DNA of 39,499 nt from a virus. The translations under genes were made by a program, and so were the position numbers. The stretch lies in IMG/VR virus record IMGVR_UViG_3300045988_136409; one strand, 5' to 3'. Below, in pieces: positions 15,264 through 24,509 of this stretch (within the stretch, counting starts at the first letter, position 1; the number at the start of each line of letters is the position of its first letter). Below the pieces are notes generated by a model. The model ran no database searches, had not been told where the DNA came from, and saw nothing but the letters and a program-made list of their open reading frames with translations.

Positions 15264-16175
15264 ATGGGAATGACGAGAAATCAACTTGCCTTAGTGCGAT
15301 ATGTGGCTGAAAACAATATACAAAAAGCCAAAGATGCAGCTCTTTGCTGCTGTGCGGAAGATACAACTCAGAAGAATCACTATGCAGTCACAAAATATCA
15401 AAGTCTATTACGATCTGGTGGAATGAATCTTATGGAGTTACCAGCAAATGTTTCCAGTTTTGCAACGATGGAAGATCTGACAAATACATACTTAGAAAGC
15501 AGATATTATCTGACCAATGAAGAAAAGGAATTATTCGAACTGATCAAGAACATGAATGATGTGAGTTTACAGCTTATGGAGAAACAGATCCCGTATCTGA
15601 ATGCAACATTGCTCTATGGCGAGAGCGGAGTCGGGAAGACGGCTTTTTCCAGGTATGTAGCATATAAACTGGAAATGCCGTATTTATATGTAAATTTTTC
15701 AAGAATGCTTGATAGTTATCTTGGTGGAACTGCAAAAAATCTTACGAATCTGTTTAATTTCATCAATCAGCATCAATGCGTTGTAATGTTGGATGAAATC
15801 GACAGCTTGGCAGTAAAGAGGGAATATGGTGGAGGAGGAGCGAGCGCAGAGGTTTCCAGAAGTACAACATGCTTGTTACAGCTGTTAGATGCAGTTACTA
15901 ACGACCATGTAATCATTGCCGCAACAAACCTCATAGATGATGTTGATACTGCAGTGAAGCGTAGATTTACAGAAAAGCATGAATTGCATCGTCTTTCATC
16001 AGAAGATAATGAACGGTTTATCAGACAGTACCTTGATGATGCAGGCTTTTCTTATGATTTGGATTCTATTAGAAAGTATGCTACAGAAAATCATTCACAG
16101 GCTGAAATTATGACACATGTAACAAGAAGTATTGCCAGTACGCTTATCAACAAGGATGAACTGGTAATGCTGTAA
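15264..16175 (+). CDS. AAA+ ATPase (classical AAA clade)
   Basis: Walker A LLYGESGVGKTAF, Walker B CVVMLDEIDSL, sensor IIAATNLIDDVD, and an RRF arginine-finger-like motif. Confidence 0.8.
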   Translation: MGMTRNQLALVRYVAENNIQKAKDAALCCCAEDTTQKNHYAVTKYQSLLRSGGMNLMELPANVSSFATMEDLTNTYLESRYYLTNEEKELFELIKNMNDVSLQLMEKQIPYLNATLLYGESGVGKTAFSRYVAYKLEMPYLYVNFSRMLDSYLGGTAKNLTNLFNFINQHQCVVMLDEIDSLAVKREYGGGGASAEVSRSTTCLLQLLDAVTNDHVIIAATNLIDDVDTAVKRRFTEKHELHRLSSEDNERFIRQYLDDAGFSYDLDSIRKYATENHSQAEIMTHVTRSIASTLINKDELVML

Positions 16176-16202
16176 ACTGAAAGTTAGTGAAGGAGAGCGG
16201 AA

Positions 16203-16673
16203 ATGTGTGATTTTTGCGAGAAGTATGCAAATGTAAGCGGCAAACATGGAACTATTAGGCTGGGAGCAGAAAATTATATGCTCTTTGCCAATAGTGAAAA
16301 CGAGCCGATGGGAGCAATAAAAATAAAAATCTGCCCGCTGTGCGGCAGAGAATTGACGGCCGATTGGATAAATGGGATAGAGTTAGGCATAGCAAAAGCA
16401 GTATTAGTGATGGATATGCCGGAATCGTGTGTTGAATGTAATTTAAACTACATGATACCGCTTGGAAGTAGGTTAAGATGTCATGCGTTTGCGCTAGGAA
16501 AAGCAATTGATTCTAATACACGTGAAAAGCCGAAATGGTGTCCACTCAGGGAGCTGCCGGAACGTGAGACAGAGATGACCGATGAGGACGATCTCGGAAA
16601 GGATTATGTCAGAGGTACAATGGATGGTTGGAACGCGTGCCTGGAGGAGATAGATCCTTTAAAAAATACATAA
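16203..16673 (+). CDS. Cys-rich hypothetical protein
   Basis: 156 aa with CDFCEKY...CPLCGREL...CVEC. GAAGGAG RBS. Confidence 0.6.
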   Translation: MCDFCEKYANVSGKHGTIRLGAENYMLFANSENEPMGAIKIKICPLCGRELTADWINGIELGIAKAVLVMDMPESCVECNLNYMIPLGSRLRCHAFALGKAIDSNTREKPKWCPLRELPERETEMTDEDDLGKDYVRGTMDGWNACLEEIDPLKNT

Positions 16674-16817
16674 ATAATATTTATGTAAGAAAAATACAAA
16701 AAAGTTTCAAAAAAATAAAAATTATTTTCAAAAATGCCTCCGTTGGCGGTTTTTCTTTACATATACAAGTGTAAGCATTAGTGCTTATAAAAAAATATGC
16801 AAAGGAGAAAAAGAATA

Positions 16818-17039
16818 ATGAGAAATTATCTTTATGATGTGGAAATGTACGATCTGGATCCGAATTACGACGAGAGTAATGTAGACCTGGACAACTACGA
16901 GCGAGAAGCGGATTACTATGAAGCTGAACGTGCTGAGGGAGTAACAGTGAAAAATTACGCTGATATTAATGATCCTGTTTGCGACCGGCTCCATAACTGG
17001 AATGACTGTTTCTGGTTTCGGAAGCATTTCGGAATGTAG
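16818..17039 (+). CDS. hypothetical acidic protein
   Basis: Start at MRNYLYD after AAAGGAG. 73 aa. Confidence 0.5.
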   Translation: MRNYLYDVEMYDLDPNYDESNVDLDNYEREADYYEAERAEGVTVKNYADINDPVCDRLHNWNDCFWFRKHFGM

Positions 17040-17053
17040 TACATAACGTACTA

Positions 17054-17113
17054 CGGAAGATCTGGGAGTGTCGTACATATCTGTGTGGCATTCCCGGGAT
17101 CTTCCGGGAAGAT
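17054..17113. repeat. inverted GGAAGATC-type repeats upstream of the second recombinase gene
   Basis: CGGAAGATC (17054-17062) is inverted relative to GATCTTCCG (17098-17106). A 15-nt palindrome ATCTTCCgGGAAGAT lies at 17099-17113. In addition, GCGGTACA ... TGTACCGC lies at about 17221-17255. Confidence 0.4.
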
Positions 17114-17320
17114 GAAAGGAGTGATAGAAAAAGGAAAAATGTTAAAAGTGTAATAAGTATCATAATACACAATTCGAAATTCCAGCTGCAGAGGGGCCTG
17201 CAAACAATCACATAATAATAGCGGTACAACCACCGACCAAAGTAGACTGTACCGCTCAACTGCTTAAGACCATCATATCACACGGATGTTTCTTAGGCAA
17301 CGAGAAAATGAGGTGCGCAT

Positions 17321-18322
17321 ATGACTAAAAATGATTTAATCAACGACGTAGCTTATGAATTACGTGACAGCATGACCAAGGAACAGATCGACCGGATGAA
17401 GATTACGCTTTACGTAAAATTGCAGGATTTTGAGCTGGCAGAGATCAAACAGCTGCCTATGACTATGGAGCATGACAATGAGTGGTTAATGCAAAGGTAT
17501 TGTGTAGACAGCGTGGCAGCAGGACTCCATGCCGGAACTATCAGGAGTTATATTGGAATCATAAAGAAATTCTTTGACTTTGTGAATAAAAATTATAAAT
17601 ATGTGACAGCGCAGGATATCACAGATTATCTTGCTATTAGATCCTATCGTGATCACATCAGCCACAATTATAAATCCACAATATACCGGTACTTATGCAC
17701 ATTCTTTTCCTGGGCATTTAAAAAGAGGCATATCCAGGATAATATCATTGATGGCGTTGATCGTGTTAAGCAGGTGAAAAAGAAGAAGGTACGATTGACA
17801 GATGAGGAAGTTGAAACTATCCGCTATGCGCTGCAAACGCCAAAGGAGAAGGCGTTGTTTGAATTGATGATTTGTACCGGCATGCGTGTAGGTGAAATCT
17901 CTTACCTCAACGTGTCAGATATTGATCTGACAAATAAGCAGGTATCAATTTACGCAGAAAAAACGGACACATATCGCACAGGAATGCTCACTCCGGTAGC
18001 TGTGATGGCACTGAGAAATTACATTGGGGACAGACCGGGAACAGATCCGCTGTTTTTGGCAGATCGGGCACCGCATAACAGAATGAAAGAGTATGGAATT
18101 GAAAAGCTGGCTAAAGAAATGGCTGTCCGTGGCGGAGTAACCAGGATTACCGCAACCGTGCATGTGTACCGCAAGACCTTTGCAAGCGTATTATATCGCA
18201 AGACGGGTGATGTCCTGCTGGTGAGTAAATTACTTGGCCATGCTAAGCCGGACATGACAGTGCAGTATTATCTGATCGACGATATCGAAGAAATGCAGCA
18301 CAAGTATAACAGAGTAGCATAG
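17321..18322 (+). CDS. second tyrosine recombinase, XerC/XerD-like
   Basis: N-terminal SAM-like core-binding region (ITDYLAIRSYRDHISHNYKSTIYRYLCTFFSWAFKK). Catalytic region GMRVGEISYL, HVYRKTFAS and LLGHAKPDMTVQYY. Confidence 0.85.
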   Translation: MTKNDLINDVAYELRDSMTKEQIDRMKITLYVKLQDFELAEIKQLPMTMEHDNEWLMQRYCVDSVAAGLHAGTIRSYIGIIKKFFDFVNKNYKYVTAQDITDYLAIRSYRDHISHNYKSTIYRYLCTFFSWAFKKRHIQDNIIDGVDRVKQVKKKKVRLTDEEVETIRYALQTPKEKALFELMICTGMRVGEISYLNVSDIDLTNKQVSIYAEKTDTYRTGMLTPVAVMALRNYIGDRPGTDPLFLADRAPHNRMKEYGIEKLAKEMAVRGGVTRITATVHVYRKTFASVLYRKTGDVLLVSKLLGHAKPDMTVQYYLIDDIEEMQHKYNRVA

Positions 18323-18337
18323 TAACAGCACCGGAAA

Positions 18338-18351
18338 TTGCACCGGTGCAA
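18338..18351 (+). promoter_or_regulatory. copy 4 of the palindrome (exact)
   Basis: AAATTGCACCGGTGCAACAGAAAGGAGAAAGCATCG followed by the rinA-like ATG. The 26 nt at 18335-18360 are identical to minus-strand 3366-3341. Confidence 0.8.
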
Positions 18352-18370
18352 CAGAAAGGAGAAAGCATCG

Positions 18371-18799
18371 ATGCAAAGAATTAACAGAGCAAGCTGGAGG
18401 ATTATCGAAACTATATTATTACGGTATCCCCAACGAAAGAAAGAATATGAGGAGTACATATCAGACATTATGGCATCACCGGCGGGAGGCAGCAGTCGTC
18501 CGTCGGATCCTGCCAGGGAAAGAGATAAGGCACAGTCTGTCACAGAGGCAAAAGCCTTGAAGATGACATCCGTATACCATGAACGGATCAAGAAAGAGAT
18601 TGAGGCAGTGGAATTTGTATATAATTCTCTTCGGCCAGAAGAACAGAAGGTAATAAGAATCAGGTACTGGAGTAAAGGTCTCAGAGCACCGATTCCCTAC
18701 CTAAAAATCGGTGGTGCCTCGTACAGTGAGAGACAAATGAAGAGGATAGTTTTTAAGACCATAGAACAGATTGGAAGGTATATTGGGGAGTTAAAGTAA
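18371..18799 (+). CDS. RinA-family phage late transcriptional activator-like protein
   Basis: 142 aa with the architecture YPQRKKEYEEYISDIM...GGSSRPSDP...IEAVEFVYNSLRPEEQKVIRIRYW...SERQMKRIVFKTIEQIGRYIG. It sits directly upstream of terS. Confidence 0.65.
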   Translation: MQRINRASWRIIETILLRYPQRKKEYEEYISDIMASPAGGSSRPSDPARERDKAQSVTEAKALKMTSVYHERIKKEIEAVEFVYNSLRPEEQKVIRIRYWSKGLRAPIPYLKIGGASYSERQMKRIVFKTIEQIGRYIGELK

Positions 18800-18860
18800 A
18801 AGATGGCATAATTTCGCATGTCAAATGTGATAATATAGTATCGTGATAAATTAGTGACAG

Positions 18861-18890
18861 GGCAATGCAGATAGCTGCGTTGCCTTTTTT
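18861..18890 (+). terminator. rho-independent terminator between rinA-like gene and terS
   Basis: GGCAATGCAG atag CTGCGTTGCC followed by TTTTTT. Confidence 0.75.
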
Positions 18891-18897
18891 CGTGGAG

Positions 18898-18911
18898 TTG
18901 CACCGGTGCAA
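18898..18911 (+). promoter_or_regulatory. copy 5 of the palindrome (exact; 16-bp perfect GTTGCACCGGTGCAAC)
   Basis: It lies 7 nt after the terminator T-tract and 21 nt before the terS ATG. Confidence 0.8.
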
Positions 18912-18932
18912 CTTTAGAGAGATGGTGAGCAG

Positions 18933-19502
18933 ATGGCCAAAGGCAAATACAAATATTGGCTGACACCGGAAGGCTTACTAAAGCTGGAAGGATGGACAAG
19001 AGATGGACTAACAGAAGAGCAGATCGCTGGTAATATGGGAATCTCCAGGTCTACATTAAATGAATGGAAAAAATTGTATCCGGACATTTCGGACACCCTA
19101 AAAAAGGGAAAGGAAGTTGTGGACCTGCAAGTGGAAAATGCGCTCTTAAAAAGGGCACTGGGATATCGGTATACAGAAGATAAATATGTAAGCGTTCCGA
19201 TGGAGCAGGAAGAATATAGTCAAAAGCTATTTGAATATATGAATCGCTACAAACTGGAGCATCCGGAGGCAACAGATGATGAGCTGATGCTTGTAAGAGA
19301 GAAGTTCCCTAAAACAAAAGAAATGCTTGTGGAACGAAAAGTAAAAGAAGTAGAGCCGGATACCACGGCCCAGATATTCTGGTTGAAGAACCGGAAACCG
19401 GATAAATGGAGAGATAAACAGGATGTCCAGATCTCCGGAGAACTCAAGTCCGAACAGAGTAAACTGGATGACCTGATTAGACAGATGCGTGGTGATGGGT
19501 AA
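18933..19502 (+). CDS. terS: terminase small subunit
   Basis: N-terminal HTH WTRDGLTEEQIAGNMGISRSTLNEWKK. It lies directly upstream of, and overlaps (TAATG), the large subunit gene. Confidence 0.8.
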   Translation: MAKGKYKYWLTPEGLLKLEGWTRDGLTEEQIAGNMGISRSTLNEWKKLYPDISDTLKKGKEVVDLQVENALLKRALGYRYTEDKYVSVPMEQEEYSQKLFEYMNRYKLEHPEATDDELMLVREKFPKTKEMLVERKVKEVEPDTTAQIFWLKNRKPDKWRDKQDVQISGELKSEQSKLDDLIRQMRGDG

Positions 19503-20875
19503 TGAGCGCAAGTAAGCTCCTGCTGTCAGAGAAATACAAAGCATTCCTGAAATGCGATGCTCCGGTGGAATTCCTGGAAGGAACCACGGCGGCAGGTAAA
19601 ACAACGGTAGGAATCTTCAAGTTTATGCTTAAGGTGGCGGAAAGCCCCAAGAAGCTGCATATCATTGCAGCGGATGACACTGGAACTGCTGAGAAGAACA
19701 TCATCAACAAGGATCTTGGTATATTGGATGATTTCGGGATCCTGGTGGAGTATAACGGCAGCGGAACCAAAGACGATAAGATTCCGCATCTGATTCTGCA
19801 TACTGGCAAGGGGGATAAAGTAATTTATGTGCTGGGCTACGGTAACAAGAAAAAGTGGAAGAAGGCCCTGGGTGGACAATATGGCTGTCTGTACATAGAT
19901 GAAGTAAATACCGCAGACATAGATTTTGTCAGAGAAGCATCCATGAGATGTGATTATCTGATGGCAACACTGAACCCGGATGATCCGGGACTGCCGGTGT
20001 ATAAAGAATATATCAACTGTGCGCGTCCTCTTCCGGAATGGAAGGATGAGACACCGCAGGAAATCATAGAGGAACTGAAAGAAGAGCCAAAGGACGGATG
20101 GATCCATTGGTTCTTTTCTTTTAAAGACAATGCAGGCCTTCCACCGGATAAGCTGCAGATGATCCTGCAAAACACACCTAAGGGTACCAAAATTTGGAAA
20201 AACAAGATTCAAGGTCTCCGCGGAAAAGCGACAGGGTTGGTATTCTCCAACTTTGTCAGAAAGAAACATGTTGTTACTGCTGCGTGGGTGAAGAAACAGA
20301 TTGCGGATGGGAATATCCGTTTCAGGAAGTTTACAGCAGGACTGGATACATCATATTCCTCAAAATCTCCGGATACTATTGCAATGATCTTCCAGGGCAT
20401 TACGGATGACCGCAAGCTGATCACACTAGCTGAGAAGGTATATAGCAATGCGGATCTCAGTGTGCCGCTGGCTCCTTCTGACACAGCGGTAAAGTTTATA
20501 GCTTTTCTGGATAGATGCAGATCGGAATGGGGATTTGCAAAAGAGTCTTTTATTGACTGCGCAGATGCGGCGACGATAACAGAACTTCGAAAGTATAAGC
20601 GCCTGCATGGGTGCCTTTATAATTTCATTGAGTCCTATAAGAAGGTAACAATACTGGACCGTATCAATTTACAACTGGGATGGATCCAGCAAGACTGCTA
20701 TCTGGTAGTTGAGGATTGTACAAACCATATCTCAGAATTGGAACGCTATTCATGGGACGAGGAAGAGGATGTTCCGGTACCGGAGGATAAGAACGACCAT
20801 ACGATCAATGCAAACCAGTACGGATGGATTCCATACCGGAATATGATTGGATTCGAGGAGGATAAACAGAGGTGA
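19502..20875 (+). CDS. terL: terminase large subunit
   Basis: Walker A-like EGTTAAGKTTVG. 457 aa, with a C-terminal nuclease-like region containing acidic residues. Position between terS and portal. Confidence 0.85.
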   Translation: MSASKLLLSEKYKAFLKCDAPVEFLEGTTAAGKTTVGIFKFMLKVAESPKKLHIIAADDTGTAEKNIINKDLGILDDFGILVEYNGSGTKDDKIPHLILHTGKGDKVIYVLGYGNKKKWKKALGGQYGCLYIDEVNTADIDFVREASMRCDYLMATLNPDDPGLPVYKEYINCARPLPEWKDETPQEIIEELKEEPKDGWIHWFFSFKDNAGLPPDKLQMILQNTPKGTKIWKNKIQGLRGKATGLVFSNFVRKKHVVTAAWVKKQIADGNIRFRKFTAGLDTSYSSKSPDTIAMIFQGITDDRKLITLAEKVYSNADLSVPLAPSDTAVKFIAFLDRCRSEWGFAKESFIDCADAATITELRKYKRLHGCLYNFIESYKKVTILDRINLQLGWIQQDCYLVVEDCTNHISELERYSWDEEEDVPVPEDKNDHTINANQYGWIPYRNMIGFEEDKQR

Positions 20876-20880
20876 ACCTG

Positions 20881-22470
20881 ATGGAAAAGATAAATGAGAA
20901 TATCAAAAGAGGTATACGGAGCTGGCTGAATGTTTCTCCGGCGAATCCCTATGTGTTCAATATCAATGAGATGATGGACTTCGAGGGGAATGCGATCCGA
21001 AACCGCATCTGGTATCGTGGTGACAGCAACGAACTGGAGCAGTTCTATGAGCAGAATGCGGAATATGCAGATAAATATAAATTCTGGTCCAGCAAGAGTA
21101 CACCGGGGATGGAAATGCGCAAGATCCACACAGGTGTTCCGGCGCTTACGGTGAGAACTCTGGCAGCAGTAGTCCTTCCGGATATGGGGGAATTTGAATT
21201 TTCCTCAGAGAATCAAAAGCAGAAACAGATATGGAAAGACATTGCAAAGCCTGAGAATAATAACTTTGCCGATAAGATAGAGGATGCAATCAAAGAGACG
21301 CTGTATATCGGAGACGGGGCTTTTAAAGTGTCCATTGATACAGAGCTCAGTAAGTATCCTATTTTAGAATGGTATGCCGGGGATCGTGTCGAAATCATCC
21401 GGAAAAAGGACAAGGTCAGGGAAGTAATATTTAAGACACCATACAGCGGAGGAGGCAAGACATATGTGCTCAATGAGATATATGGATATGGGTATGTAAA
21501 GAACGAACTGTATCTGGATAACAGACAGGTTCCGCTGACTACATTACAGATAACCGATTCACTGGAAGACGTGACCTTCGATAAAAGCGTTATGCTGGCG
21601 GTGCCTATGATGTTCTATAAGTCGGCAAAATATGAAGGACGTGGCGGAAGCATCTTTGACGGAAAGGTGGACAGCTATGATGCGCTGGATGAAGTATGGA
21701 GCCAGTGGATGGATGCACTGAGAGCAGGAAGAGCCAAAACATATATTCCGGACTGTCTGGTTCCGAGGGATCCGGAAACAGGAGCTGCGATAACACCAAA
21801 TCCGTTCGATAACAGATATTTTGCAGCAGAAGGAGACCAGCGCGAAGGGCAGAAAAACGTAATCGGTACAGACCAGCCGAGCATTCCTCATGACAGCTAT
21901 CAGGCTTCCTACTGTACGGCACTGGACCTTTGCCTGCAGGGGATCATCAGTCCTTCTACACTGGGGATTGATGTAAAAAAACTGGATAATGCAGAAGCGC
22001 AGCGTGAAAAGGAAAAAACAACGCTGTACACAAGAAATATTATCGTGGAAACTCTTCAGACAGTATTGCCACAGGTAGTATCCATGTGTATCAACGCATA
22101 TCACCTGATGAAGAATGAGGCAGTGGAAAGTGTAGAGGTAAATCTCCCATTTGGAGAATATGCCAATCCTTCATTTGAATCTCAGGTGGAAACAGTTGGT
22201 AAGGCAAAGCAGAGCGGAATCATGAGCATTGAGCGCTGTGTGGAGGAATTGTATGGTGACAGTCTGGATGATGATTGCAAAAAGGAAGAGATCGCAAGGC
22301 TCAAGGCAGAGCAGGGTATTCAGAGTATTCCGGAGCCGGAAATCAGGACGGATGCAGGAGAATTCAGGATAAACGGATTTACAGGAGGCAGTGATGGAAG
22401 TAAAAGTAGCGAAAAAAACATACCGGATGAACCGGGAGGAATACCAGGGGCTCCTGAAGGTGGCCAGTGA
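20881..22470 (+). CDS. portal protein (SPP1 gp6-like)
   Basis: About 530 aa, located after terL. ATG 20881 follows GAGGTG (the track start is GTG 20872). Confidence 0.8.
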   Translation: MEKINENIKRGIRSWLNVSPANPYVFNINEMMDFEGNAIRNRIWYRGDSNELEQFYEQNAEYADKYKFWSSKSTPGMEMRKIHTGVPALTVRTLAAVVLPDMGEFEFSSENQKQKQIWKDIAKPENNNFADKIEDAIKETLYIGDGAFKVSIDTELSKYPILEWYAGDRVEIIRKKDKVREVIFKTPYSGGGKTYVLNEIYGYGYVKNELYLDNRQVPLTTLQITDSLEDVTFDKSVMLAVPMMFYKSAKYEGRGGSIFDGKVDSYDALDEVWSQWMDALRAGRAKTYIPDCLVPRDPETGAAITPNPFDNRYFAAEGDQREGQKNVIGTDQPSIPHDSYQASYCTALDLCLQGIISPSTLGIDVKKLDNAEAQREKEKTTLYTRNIIVETLQTVLPQVVSMCINAYHLMKNEAVESVEVNLPFGEYANPSFESQVETVGKAKQSGIMSIERCVEELYGDSLDDDCKKEEIARLKAEQGIQSIPEPEIRTDAGEFRINGFTGGSDGSKSSEKNIPDEPGGIPGAPEGGQ

Positions 22471-22615
22471 GCAGGTCCCGAAAGGAATCTATGCAGTGGA
22501 AAAAGGTAATTATGCGGAACTCCGATGTGATCATTGTACCAGCGTCACGCAGATCAAGACATTGACCAGACAGTTTAAAAGCCAGGGATTCAAGGTATAT
22601 GCAAACGGCAGGTGA
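22394..22615 (+). CDS. hypothetical small protein overlapping the portal 3' end
   Basis: ATG 22394 lies 5 nt after AGGAGG. 73 aa, with a 77-nt out-of-frame overlap with the portal gene. Confidence 0.5.
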   Translation: MEVKVAKKTYRMNREEYQGLLKVASEQVPKGIYAVEKGNYAELRCDHCTSVTQIKTLTRQFKSQGFKVYANGR

Positions 22616-22619
22616 TTAG

Positions 22620-24260
22620 ATGCCTAAGATAAATTCAGAATATGATATCGGAGCAGCATTCGAAGCTATTGAGAATGAACTCATTGCTTCCATGATCCGG
22701 AATATGCGAAGACATAAGATTGAGGAAATCGATGAGGACAAGCAGTGGTCCATGTGGCAGGCAGAACAACTCCGGGCACTGGAAAAGTATAGAAAAGAGA
22801 ATCAGGAGCGGTTCGGTGCGAAATTCAAGGATATCAATAACCGAATTGAAGCACTGATCAGTACTGCCAGGGATGAAGGAGATATGGAGCAGGAGATAGC
22901 CATACTGGAGGCTATAAAGAAAGGTTTCCCGGCAAGAAGAGTAAGTCCGGGAGCATCGGCGGCATTCTTCCGGTTGAACCAGAGGAAGCTGGAGGCGCTG
23001 ATCTGGGCGACCACATCAGACATGGAAAAGGCCGAGACAGCTGTCCTGCGCATGGCAAATGACCAATATCGCAAGATTATTTTTAATGCTCAGGTATATG
23101 CCAACAGTGGAGCAGGGACTTATGAGAAGGCGGTAGACATGGCTACAAAGGATTTCATTGCCGCTGGTCTTAACTGTGTGGAATATGCCAATGGATCCAG
23201 ACACACATTGGCAGACTATGCGGACATGGCAATACGGACAGCCAGTAAGCGTGCATACCTGCAGGGGGAAGGGCAGAAAAGGCAGGAATGGGGGATATCC
23301 ACGGTGATCATGAATAAGCGTGGAAATCCCTGCCCCAAGTGTTTACCGTTTGTTGGTAAGATACTGATCGATGATGTATGGAGCGGTGGAAGCGCCAAGG
23401 ATGGACCATATCCCCTGATGAGCGCGGCAATAGCAGCAGGGCTTTATCATCCCAGGTGTAAGGATAGCCATACGACCTATTTCCCAGAACTGGAAGATTT
23501 GGATAATGAATACAGCAAAAAGGATATAGAAGATATAGAGGAGCAGAACAGACAGGAGGCAAGACAGCAATATGCAGAGAGACAGGAGAAAAAGTATGAT
23601 CGGCTTGCAAAGTATTCTATTGATTCAGAAAACAAAAGAGTATATGCCGAACGCTCGCGAGAATGGAATATAGAAGCTACAAAACGATTTGAAAATACTG
23701 AGGGACTAGAAAAGTATATAGAAGAAGAGTATAATGGAAAGGTTGATAGGGATGTAAGGGAATTGGATATCCGACAGGTTGGATTGACATTAACAGAGCT
23801 TGAAAAAGTTATTGCTGATTTTCAAAATGCAAAGGTATATTTTTCTGGAATTAATGTATCTGACAAAGGGAAAGCGGGATTCCTGCCAAACGGTGAACTT
23901 GTGTTGAGCAGTAGATATTATCATAAGCCGACAGTAAAACTGATTGGAACTGGGTATCATGAAGCAGGTCATCTTCTTGAACTGGCCCTGATCCATAAAA
24001 ATAATTTGAAATGTTCGGAAGATGAGGTTATAGAACTATATGTAACGGGAAAATATGCAAAAGATATTGTTAAAAGAGCGTATGATAGACTTCGAACAAA
24101 TAAATCACTTAAATCACTGAGAAGCGAAATATCAAACTATGCGTTAACGGACGAATCCGAGACTATTGGGGAGGCTGTTAAAGACTATTATATGAATGGC
24201 TTTGAAGCATCAATATTATCACGGCAAATCATAAAAGTTTTACAGGAGGAATTGAGATGA
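22620..24260 (+). CDS. MuF/SPP1-gp7-family head morphogenesis protein with C-terminal HExxH domain
   Basis: MuF core NKRGNPCPKCLPFVGKIL...LYHPRCKDSHTTYFP at about residues 230-290. The C-terminal 200 aa contain GTGYHEAGHLLELAL (HExxH). Confidence 0.8.
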   Translation: MPKINSEYDIGAAFEAIENELIASMIRNMRRHKIEEIDEDKQWSMWQAEQLRALEKYRKENQERFGAKFKDINNRIEALISTARDEGDMEQEIAILEAIKKGFPARRVSPGASAAFFRLNQRKLEALIWATTSDMEKAETAVLRMANDQYRKIIFNAQVYANSGAGTYEKAVDMATKDFIAAGLNCVEYANGSRHTLADYADMAIRTASKRAYLQGEGQKRQEWGISTVIMNKRGNPCPKCLPFVGKILIDDVWSGGSAKDGPYPLMSAAIAAGLYHPRCKDSHTTYFPELEDLDNEYSKKDIEDIEEQNRQEARQQYAERQEKKYDRLAKYSIDSENKRVYAERSREWNIEATKRFENTEGLEKYIEEEYNGKVDRDVRELDIRQVGLTLTELEKVIADFQNAKVYFSGINVSDKGKAGFLPNGELVLSSRYYHKPTVKLIGTGYHEAGHLLELALIHKNNLKCSEDEVIELYVTGKYAKDIVKRAYDRLRTNKSLKSLRSEISNYALTDESETIGEAVKDYYMNGFEASILSRQIIKVLQEELR

Positions 24261-24421
24261 CAGAATATGAAGATGCGGAATTCTGGAAGTACATTGTTAC
24301 GGATAAAGAAACTGGAAATATGATAGGTGTGCGTGATGATATGCCTGAAAGCGCGCGAGCAGACTATGAGGCGTTTCTGGAAGAACAGAGGTATGCAAAA
24401 GAGCATGGAATGAAAATATAG
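24257..24421 (+). CDS. 54-aa ORF translationally coupled (ATGA) to the MuF-HExxH gene; candidate immunity/partner protein (not in ORF track)
   Basis: ATG 24257 overlaps TGA 24258-24260. Sequence MTEYEDAEFWKYIVTDKETGNMIGVRDDMPESARADYEAFLEEQRYAKEHGMKI. A terminator follows. Confidence 0.5.
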   Translation: MTEYEDAEFWKYIVTDKETGNMIGVRDDMPESARADYEAFLEEQRYAKEHGMKI

Positions 24422-24426
24422 TGAAA

Positions 24427-24458
24427 ATACCACCAGCCATCGGACCGGTGGTATTTTT
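24427..24458 (+). terminator. candidate rho-independent terminator
   Basis: ATACCACC ... GGTGGTAT (8-bp stem, 12-nt loop) followed by TTTTT. Confidence 0.5.
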
Positions 24459-24474
24459 ATACATAAAAGTAAAA

Positions 24475-24488
24475 TTGCACCGGTGCAA
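24475..24488 (+). promoter_or_regulatory. copy 6 of the palindrome (exact)
   Basis: AAATTGCACCGGTGCAACTG lies between two terminator-like hairpins, upstream of the scaffold gene. Confidence 0.8.
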
Positions 24489-24509
24489 CTGAATATTGAA
24501 ATGGATGAG

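Noticed and set aside
16674-16800. An AT-rich stretch with phased A-tracts, considered as a possible replication origin.
   Set aside because: It contains no iterons or DnaA-box-like repeats. It is more simply a bent promoter or UP region for the 16818 gene.
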